From contig OZ024741.1 of NCBI GenBank assembly GCA_964016885.1, positions 366,978,001 to 367,042,000 of the forward strand: a DNA stretch of 64,000 nucleotides, given 5' to 3'. How positions within the stretch are numbered: the stretch's first letter is position 1; each line of letters opens with the position of its first letter. Shown one piece after another: positions 53,947 to 64,000 of the stretch. The position numbers and the translations under genes are program-made. The notes under the pieces are model-generated. The model saw nothing but the letters and a program-made list of their open reading frames with translations, was not told where the DNA came from and searched no databases. Origin of the DNA: Eledone cirrhosa. Taxonomy: Eukaryota.

Positions 53947-54166
53947 CCCTTTTGATAACAAATTGGTCCTGGTTCTATTATACTAAGCTGTTTATTTAAA
54001 AGTGTTCACATTTATTTAAAACCCTTCTCGTAACTTTGTTAGAATGTTTATGTTACAACATCTGCTTAACGAGAAAGTTGTATTACTAAATACCTCTGCA
54101 TTCTCGATTCTTTTCAAAATTAATTAAAAATAACTGGATTTCATTAGAAATATGGTAACGAAAGGG
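53947..54166. mobile_element. piggyBac-like MITE, cleanest copy of an abundant AT-rich ~220-250 bp family
   Basis: TTAA|CCCTTTTGATAAC ... GTAACGAAAGGG|TTAA. Related copies lie near 26.7, 33.8, 34.1-34.3, 38.2-38.7, 42.0-42.4, 43.3-43.8, 45.9-46.2, 51.1-51.4, 55.7, 56.3, 61.5-61.9 and 62.1 kb. Confidence 0.8.
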
Positions 54167-54478
54167 TTAAGGCGTGCTTTAACTATTGTTAATAATGCTT
54201 GTTTTTACAAAATAGTGAATTTTTTTTTATCCCCTGCTCTCTAGACTTAATTTTAAGGCATGCTTTTAACTAAATATTATTATTGTTTGTGTTTACAAAC
54301 TGAAATATTTTCTTTACTTAAAATCCCATCCAGCCTATGTGGTAGATCTAGTCACATTTGCTTCTCTCTCCCTCTCTCTCAACTTTAAAATTGTCATGTT
54401 TATGAAGTAGCTGTCTGTAATTTCTAAGCACTTCACTCATTGTAAATGTAAACATCATAACCCAGAATTTGTTACCTA

Positions 54479-54509
<31 letters not shown>

Positions 54510-56854
54510 GGAGTGGGATATCACTTTCAAACTTATTTTCTTTTCTTTTTATTATTATATTGGTTTCAATCATTAGACTGCAGCCATGCTGGAGCATGGC
54601 TTTAGAATGAGTTAGCTGATCATATCAACTCCAGTATTTATTTTATCAATCTCTTTTTGTCAAATTGTTAAGTTATGGAACATAAACAGTAAACAGACAC
54701 ACACAATGACTTCTACCAACCAGAGGCCATAGTAGAAGTGCTGGGCCTCTGTTAGTTCTGGTAAGTGTTCTAGTTGATTTGATCAACAAAACAGCCTCCT
54801 CATGAAATTTATGTGCATGTGGCTGAACATTATGGACACTTGTACCCTTAATATAGTTCTCAGGGAGATTCATTGTGACACAGGGTGTGATGAGGTTTGC
54901 TCTTTGAATTACAGATACAACCCACTTTTGCCAGCTGAGTGGATTAGAGCAATGTAAAGTAAAGCAACACCCCCACAATGATTCAAACACTCTAACCACT
55001 AATCCATGTGCTTTCACATATTAGATGGAAACTCTTACCACTTAACTTTTATTTTGCCACATTAATATAAAATGTTCCAACTTTAGATACCTGTTCTGCA
55101 ACCTTTAGAACGTTATCAAACTAGGTGAGTTTTCTTTCAATATTTAAAAAGTTGTTTATTTTGTTGGCATTTCTTTTAAGATTAAGGTGCAGGCATGACT
55201 GTGTGGTTAAGAAGTCTGCTTTACAACCATGTGGCTTCAGGTTTTGAACCTGCTGCATGACACCTGGGCAATTATCTTAAACTTGGATTGTCCAATGCCT
55301 TGTAAAATAAAAATTCAGTTGAGGAAAACTGTGGAAGACCATTGTGTGTGCATGTCTGCGTGTGTTTTTTGTCGTAAACGTCTTCATGCTGACACCAATT
55401 ATAACCAACCAATGCCATTTGTTTGTTTAGAATTCAATGGGTGAAATCAGTGGAACAAGTAATTTATTTAAAAAAAAAAAATGTTTGTAATTGAAAAAAA
55501 AAAAAGCACCTGACTGTAGAATACTGCCTCAAAAAGTCTCACTAAATCCATTCTGGCATGGAAAAATAGTAGACATAAAAATGATGACTGGCTGTTGATT
55601 TTTGAAAATGTATTATTGTAAACATCTAATTGACTTAATTGTATTTGTTACTTCAGTTTGAAACTGCTGGGCAATGTTTTTCATTAGATTATGGTAACGA
55701 AAGGGTTAATGATGTTACATTTATATGCTGTAGCCAATTGGTCATACAGTTTCTGTTTAGTGATCAGAAATAATAAAGCTGTGAATATTGCCACAAGTGG
55801 CAATTATTTCTGATAATTGGGGTGATGTCATCTTGAGGGGCTGGAATTGGAATGGAAAGTAATTAATCAAAATTATTATGGATATCAGTAAGAATTGATA
55901 GATTTTGGTCATCATCGCTACTGTCATGTTTATGCCCACTTACCATGCTGGCATGGATTGAACTGGCCATCGCAATCCATGGCTAAACTGATCAGAGGAC
56001 CATGTCTTGCTCAAATGTTCTATATTTTAGCATCGTTCTTACATCTGGATGCTTTCCATAATGCCAATCAATTTACAGATTGTAGCACCAACATTACCAC
56101 TTAATAGAGTGTACTGGGTGCATTTTATTTTAGCACTAGCACTACAACTAGGTCCATTTTATCATGACACAAATACTAGTGGTTTTGTTAGTCATGTGGA
56201 TTGTTTCTGTGGAAGGATAGAATAATATATGTTATGTTGAATTCTGGTTTCACAAAAACATGTCTTATTTAACCCTTTTGGATACCAATTTGCTGCCTAA
56301 TAGTGCCACTAGTTCTATGAAAGCAGATGCCTTATTTAACCCTTTTAGTACCCAACCATCTATGATGCAAAGCTGTTTAATTTAAAGTATTTATATTTAT
56401 CTGAAAACCTTCCATCATAATTTTGTTCCAAATTAATTTAAAGACTGTATTTTGTTAGAAAGTTGGTTACAAATGCATTAAAATTGAATGAAAACCATTT
56501 ATAGCTATAAAGAACTGGAAGAATGACGAACAAAATATTTCTGTTGATGTTTACATTAACATAGCCATCTTGAAATGAATTAAAATTCACAGCTCATTAC
56601 TATGCAGGTTTAGCTGGCCACTTACGAGGCTGTATCTCATGGGGAGTTTATTAGGCATTTAAATGATAGGTGTCCTGGTTCTATCATAAAAGAAAGTGTC
56701 TTGCTCAAGAACACATGCAACTCGGTTCCAGCAATTACACAACCCTTTGTAGAATGTTTAAGTATTTTTTTGTACTTGTATAGAATGGTCTGTTACATAA
56801 TTTAGGTTGCAGTACAAAATGTTTTCCTCTTCAGCTTAAAATTTTGAACCCCCC

Positions 56855-56887
<33 letters not shown>

Positions 56888-58708
56888 AACTTTTTTACTG
56901 GTTTCAGTCATTAGGCTGTGACCATGCTGGGGTATCACCTTGAAAGGATTTAGCCATCATATTGATGCCAGTACTTGTTTTTTCAAACCTGGTACTTATT
57001 TATCAATCTCTTTTTGTCAGACCACAAAAGTAACAGTAAACACAGGGGTAAGGACACATGCAATAGGTTTCCAGTTTCTGCCTACCAAATTTTATTCACC
57101 CTGTATTAGTCAGCCTGAGTCTATACTAGAAGATACTTGACCAAGGTGCTACTACACGAATGAAGTGTGACTGAATATGAAACCATGTGGTGGCAAAACA
57201 AACTCCTTAAGCACACAGCAGCCATGTCTGTCTTTTTAACAGAATAACAAACACTACATGGTTTCTTTGACCAAAAATAGTCTTCTTCCTCCCCCCTCTC
57301 CTGTAATAAATAATGAATCGTTAACTTCAGCAATAATGTGATGTCTATAATTGGAATTAGCAGTATTAGTGATAATTATTTCTCCACAATTTCTTGTGAA
57401 TTAGTTTTGAAAAGTTCAATTATAAAATAAGGTGGAAATTCTTTGAGAGAGAACTTGAATTAATTAAAGAATGCTTTGTTCATTTGATTAGGATGTTTGA
57501 AAGCAGCAATTTGTATTGAAATTTTGACTGTATCTTCTTCAAAATGGTTAATTGCTGCCTTGTCCCTTTATCTATTTTTATTCTTGTGTCACTTCAATCA
57601 TTTTTCAGTTACCAATAATAGTTTTCTCAAAAATTCTCTTTATATATGAATGAATATTTCTCCATCTTTCTTTGTATTATTATTATTTTTATATTAAAGG
57701 GTGGTGGAGTAGCAAAATTGTTAGAGCGTTGGAAAAAATGCCTTGAAGTATTTCTCCTGGCTGTTTACATTTGCAGTTCAAATTCTACTGGGATAGATTT
57801 AATCAATTTTCCACAAATTGTTGGTCTTGTATCTAAATTAGAAATGACAAAGTTCATTTGTAAAACATAAAAAAAAATGTGTGTGTATATAAGTATTCAC
57901 ACACACACAGACACTGTAAGTTGTGCTCCAATAAATTGCACTCAGCACACATTATAAAGTGCTCGCTGGTGCCACGATAAAATGCACCTAGTACCTACTA
58001 GGGGAAGGGTTCATGACTGACATAACAGAAGAGCCCTTTCAACCTTTTGTTTAAGTTTTTCATGACTGGGTGCCTTTTCTATTTCTAACCACTTTATACA
58101 CGCACACGCACACGCACACGCACACACGCGCGCGCCACGCCACGCGCGTGTGTGTGTATATAAATAATGTGCACAATACTGTTAGTTTCATGTTGAAAAA
58201 TCTATTTTTTGCTTCTGTGGGAGGAGGGGGGGGGGGGGCGTTAGAGACCGTTTGTACATATGTGTAATGAATAGTCTGATAGTCTGTAATAATACTTTTA
58301 GGTGGTGGGTAGCGTCTGTTTTATTCCTTTGTAGTTTTCCTCTTCATTTTAGTTTCAATAATTGACACTGGAACAGTTTTGGAATTTAGTTCAGTCTGTG
58401 TTTTCTACGGGGAGAGAGAGAGAGAGGGGGGGGCAGTGAGAGGAAGGAAGAGGATTTGATTCGTTAATTATTGAAGATTTTTGTATTAATATAAAAGTTC
58501 TGAGAGCGTGTTTCTTTTAGTTTAGTGTGGGAGGGGTGGTGAGCACCGGTTGATGGTTTATTGGTTTAATACCATTGCCGTGTTTGTCTTGAACAACTTT
58601 ATATGAAAAGATGTTTAACAAAGGCAACGTGTGTGTATGTTTGTATGTATGTGTATTGGTGTGTGTGTGTTTGTATGTGCATGCATATGTCTTTGTATGT
58701 ACGCATAA

Positions 58709-58763
<55 letters not shown>

Positions 58764-59328
58764 TATATGTATAATAGATATAAAGAACAGTTTCAGTACT
58801 GTTCTGCCAGCCACAACATTGTGATGTTCTCTGCAATTATCTATCGATTATTTACTAAGTTTGAATATGATCAATAGTGTGTGTGCGTGTGTTTGTGTGT
58901 ATAAAAACCTTGTTGTGGCTGTGCTCAGTTTTTTTTATCTACATGTATTCCTTTCACCATTTGTTGTTTTGTGTTATTGTGTTTATTTTGTGTTTCTAAT
59001 CTAACGAGAAGTTTATTTAGAATTTCTCATTCAAGCACGTTTGTGTGTGTGTGATTATATGTATGAATGTGTGTGTAACTGTGTGTGAGTATGTTTGTGT
59101 ATATGAGTATATATATATGAGTTTGTGTGTGTGTGTATGCAGAAGTTCTTAGAATTTCTCTTTCAAAGACATTGTGTTTGTCTTTTTATTGATTCATTTT
59201 GTTTTATTTCTGGTCCATCATCTCACTGTTGTTCACTTATATATTTTATTGCTTCTTTTCATGAAAGTCTGTGTTTTACTCATGTAAGCAGCTCTTCCTT
59301 TCATTTCTGTTTCAAGGGACATATAACA

Positions 59329-60072
59329 CTTTTGCTACCAAACTGACTGCTTGTGGTTTTAAGATACAACACTGTCTTGTTTTAAAGTGTTTATATGTAT
59401 CTAAAACCTTTGTATCAAAATTTTATGTAAGAAACCTTTATTCTGTTCTAAACACCAACTTAAAAATCATAGGTAGTGTCATTTATTAGAAATATGGTAA
59501 CAAAAGGATTAAATATTATGAGCTTAATTACAAGAAAATTTGTTATATTACTAAATTACTCCAAATTCTTGATAATTTTCAAAATGATTTAAAAATCATA
59601 GAGGTTGTGTCTTTCATTCAAAATATGGTTATGAAAGGGTTGACCCTTTTCATATCTCACTTCCCATTTTAAAGTGCTCATTTATGTTAAAAAATCCTAA
59701 CACCAGCATAGTAATGAGAATGTTAGTTATATTACTAAATTCATTTAAATTCTTGGTTGTTTTCAAAATTATTCGAAAATAGTAGGCAGTGCTTTTCATT
59801 AAAAATATGTTAATGAAAGGGTTGAGAGTATTGCTATCATAGAGCTAGTGGCAGTGTCAGGCAGCAAGTTGGTATCCAAAAGGGTTAAATCAATAATTCA
59901 CCACCCTCAATTCTATTCATATTTTTATTTATCTAAAAACCTACTTTCATAATTTTATGAAAGAATCTTAATGGAACAATCAGTGATATTACTAAATTCT
60001 TGAATATTTTCAAAATGATTTGTAAATTATTGATAGTATCTTGTATTAGAAATATGGTAATAAAAGAGCTAA
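59329..60072. mobile_element. Cluster of about 4 tandem or nested piggyBac-like MITE copies
   Basis: The terminus AAATATGGTAA..AAAGGGTT recurs near 59510, 59640, 59820 and 60070. Confidence 0.7.
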
Positions 60073-61159
60073 ACTCATGGGGTTTGGTTCTGGAAATGTG
60101 TGGCAAGTTTTGTCCTTGAGCAAGATACTTCATTTCACTTTGTTCAGTCCACTGAACTAAAAGAAAATTGAATATCATCATCATCAGCAGCAGCAGCAGC
60201 TGGGTGGGTTGGGGGCCACCCTCTTTCCTGTCGGGGACTTGGGCCTTCCTCTAGCACGAAAAAACAATCTTGAGAGACTCCAATGAAATGCAACCTCACA
60301 GGAAGAAGGCTAGCTAAACCTGCATAGGTGTGAGATGTAACAACTTCTTTAACTGTTCTGACTTATTTAATTTTTTTTTTTTTTAACTTTTTACTTCACA
60401 TCAATATATATTTTTTTGTTCTTGTATGTTTTTGTGTGTAGCAGTTCTTTCTTCCTTTTGCATCTCTTTCAAGTGACACATAACTTAACTTTGTTTCATT
60501 TAAATTCTTTTTAAAACTGCCTGATGACTATTTATAATATTGGGATAATTTTAGCAATTTAATCTCAAATTTTGACATCTTAAAGATCTGGCAAAGTAAC
60601 CGATTTGTTTTTATACTCCAGTAGACTCTAGCAGCAAACTTTATATCTCTCCCCCCTAGCCTTTTCTTTTTCAATTCTGCAACCTCTTCCTCCACTTCTG
60701 CACCACTCTTCTCTGTTTCGCTCCTCCTTCCATTTTATTATAGATACTCTGAATATATTTTTGGCTAGGTTCCAAGTTTTCTCGTGGAACACCATGGTAT
60801 AAAGAGTTGTTGCTTCCCCCCCCCGCCTCCTCCGTTCTCAGTGTGCATTCGCTCATATTTATTGCTGCTGTTGTCGCCCCCTCTGCTCTGCTGCTGTTAC
60901 TGCTGCTGATGATACTACAACAGCTTTCTTTAGTTTAAGTCAGTTTTTCACTTCTTCACTTCAAGCCTTAGTGCTTTCTGCTTTCCGTAACAATTATTTC
61001 TGCTAGTCATGTGCTGTTGCTTGCCTCTCAATTTACCATGTGCGAATAGGGAAAATACTCACATAACAAAAAGTACTCATGCTGGCAGAAAGTTTCAGAA
61101 ACAGGTATACTTTTTATTTATTTATTTTTAACTCTTTTTCCCAAGATTCCTTTGTATAC

Positions 61160-61216
<57 letters not shown>

Positions 61217-62919
61217 GTGTTCTGTACTTGATTCATTAACATTTGTAAGGTCCAGTGAAAAGCTACTGAGATGTTGAAATATTGTATTTTCTGGCATATA
61301 CTTTACCCCAAACTTGGTTAATCTTACCTGCATTCTTTACACTGAAGGTATGAATACAACAATAATATACTATTCAGAAGCCATGTAAAAGTAATGCGGA
61401 CTGTTATTTTTTCCTTTAAAATATTATCTCATATTCGGAAAATTACAGTATTTTTAACATTTTCTTCTGTCCTACTAAAATGGATCATACCTTGCTGAAA
61501 GTTTAAACCCTTTGGTACCAAACTGCCTGAAACTACTCCAGCTTCTGTACTAAGCTGTTTGTTTTAAAGTGTTTATATATTTATCTAAAAAGCCTCTATT
61601 ATCATTTTTTGGTTATATTGTTATGTGCAAAACACCAGCTTAATAATATTTTATATGAGTAAATCTTGATTATTTTCAAAATATTTTGTATCTTTCATTA
61701 GAAATGTGGCATTTTGGTATGAAAAGGGTTTACCCGTTTCGTACTGAACTGCCCCTAAACTGTTTCTAATAATGAGAAAGTTATATTACATCTCTCCAAA
61801 TTCTTGATTATTTTCCAAATAATTTCAAAATCTTAAGCGGTATTTTTCATTAGAAATATGGTAATAAAAATAGTTAAACTTTTCTTTGTATTCTTTCATT
61901 TTCAGTAAGGTTTATTTCATTTTTCATGTTTTCCCGTCAGTTACTTTGCATGTTCATAAATAATTTCATGGATTGGAGGGAGGGGGGGTTACTAGTGTTC
62001 ATTTCAAGTATTTCAAATAATCTAAAAGTTTAAGTATTTCATAATATTTCACTTGATATTTGTTTTTCCAATTAACTCTTTGTAACCATATTAAGCTGGT
62101 GTGGAACATAAAGGTTCTTAAAATTATGATGGAAAGTTTTTAGATGGATACAAGTATTTTAAAATAAACAGGCAATTTTCTAGTAGTTTGGTACCAAAAG
62201 GCTTGCTATTTTTCAGGATATATGGTTCTTGTGTTGGTATAGACAAATATAATATATAATACCTTCAGGCTAGGTATCTTTACTGTAGCTAGTTTGCACC
62301 CTAGTTACTGAGTTAAATTCTATGGAGGGTGATTTTTAGCATTCATCCCTGGAGGCTGATAAAATAAGTACTAATAATATGATACATAGACTAGGGCTGA
62401 GTCAAATGAAAGTATATTGTACCTACTTCCATAGACAACTGCTTACTACTTGGTGCCTATGAAAGGAATCACTTGTCGGGATATAAATTTCCTTGTCAAA
62501 ATGTTTAGAGACTGAGGCCTAACAAACATTCTGTTCTATTTTCTGGAATTCAGCCATCCATCCGTCCATCTTAGAGATGTATATGTATTTATGAGTATTT
62601 TTATTATGTGATTGAATGTTTGTATATATTATAATTTATGTATATATGATACACTTTGTGTATGCGTTAAAATGTGCTTACTTCACTATAAGATCTTGTT
62701 TTTCAAACGCATCTCATTCAAAGCTATATTTACGTTTCTCTTTATTCCACATCACCACTCATGTACATTCACATACACACATGCTGAATGCTCAGCCACT
62801 TACATGCTGATTTCATGAGCAGGTTGTTCATTGCCGAAATTTGACAGAGGTCTATATATATAATGTATTAATGCCCAACCCTTACTAGCAGGGAGAACAG
62901 ACACTAAATGATAAGGATG

Positions 62920-62985
<66 letters not shown>

Positions 62986-63008
62986 TAGGAAGAGTCGGGG
63001 CCCAATAG

Positions 63009-63075
63009 CTGAGCTCTTGCTACTTCAGCAACTAGTTCCAGGCTGGAACTAGCTGTTGAAATGACAAGAGCTCAG
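63009..63075. repeat. 67-bp palindrome / hairpin
   Basis: 33-bp arms CTGAGCTCTTG..CTAGTTCCAG and CTGGAACTAG..CAAGAGCTCAG around a single G, with 5 mismatches, all transitions. Confidence 0.85.
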
Positions 63076-63176
63076 GCGTCAAACCCAAACTCTTTCTAAT
63101 ATAACCATACTCTACTATCCCAAGTATCGAGTACTCTGTTGAGTAATGGTCTAACTAGTTTAAAACTGGTTCTATC

Positions 63177-63253
<77 letters not shown>

Positions 63254-63411
63254 TATAATGTATGTATGTATATGTGTGTGTGAGTATGTGATGATTTCTA
63301 ATGAATGAAACAGTTCTAGTCCTGTAGAATCTCATCTATATTAAAACTGTTATACTCTATGTATTGAGTACCTTACTTACTGTGGTTACCTCCGATTCAA
63401 CCCGGAATAAC

Positions 63412-63736
63412 GTATATATATGTATGTATATGTATGTATGTATGTATGTATGTATATGTGTGTGTATGTATGTATATGTGTGTGTGAGTATGTATGTATA
63501 TGTGTGTGTGAGTATGTATGTATATGTGTGTGTGAGTATGTATGTATGTGTGTGTGAGTATGTATGTATGTATATATATATGTATATATATATATGTATA
63601 TATATGTATGTATATATATGTGTGTGCATGTATATGTGCGTGCATGTATATGTGCGTATATGTATGTGTGTATGTATGTATATATGTGTGTATGTATGTA
63701 TATATGTGTATGTATATATATGTGTATGTATATATG
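63412..63736. repeat. Compound (TATG)n/(TG)n/(TA)n microsatellite with a ~24-bp higher-order unit
   Basis: GTATGTATGTATATGTGTGTGTGA recurs several times. Dozens of shorter (TA)n, (CA)n and (GA)n tracts elsewhere are not listed individually. Confidence 0.9.
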
Positions 63737-64000
63737 AACAGCTTTTCTTTTAAATGTATTATTTTAAAAACAACTATTCTAGTGGATCATTTTTATACAC
63801 ATTTTTTTTTTCTTCACTCATATTTTATACGAGTTCCTTGCAGTTCATTTTGGAACAATAAAGTTTCTAAATCCATCCTAGATGTTTCTAGACTAATAGT
63901 CTCATCTTCAGTATTACACATATGCACATACATATATACTCTCTCTCCTCTTATATTTAGGCCACTTAAAAATTGTTATATTCTCTTCAAAATTTTGATC

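Overview
AT-rich, repeat-dense animal genomic DNA. The SINE/LINE repertoire and microsatellite load point to an octopus or other coleoid cephalopod (inference, not searched). The only host gene I can support is the 5' end of an SR-protein kinase (SRPK1/2-like) on the + strand. It has a motif-rich promoter at ~15.3-15.6 kb and two short coding exons (15625-15649, 17659-17728) that splice to MSSKIPRKALALQARKKRTKAKARFKEEKKRS. A >46 kb intron then runs off the window, and no kinase-domain exon was found. Nearly all ORFs in the supplied track are microsatellite noise or decayed retroelement fragments. The rest is tRNA-derived SINEs, RTE and CR1 LINE remnants, hAT, Tc1/Tigger and piggyBac-like MITEs, a fold-back element with identical 213-bp arms, and an 870-bp (TA)n/CG array. 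The most striking observation is in the SRPK intron: neighbouring inverted SINE copies at 27.9-29.4 kb carry 28 clustered A>G changes. All are on the host-gene sense strand regardless of SINE orientation, and none has a 5' G in the consensus, which is an ADAR hyper-editing footprint written in the DNA sequence. It is either an RNA-derived assembly artefact or real transfer of RNA editing into the genome. All alignments and counts were done by eye.
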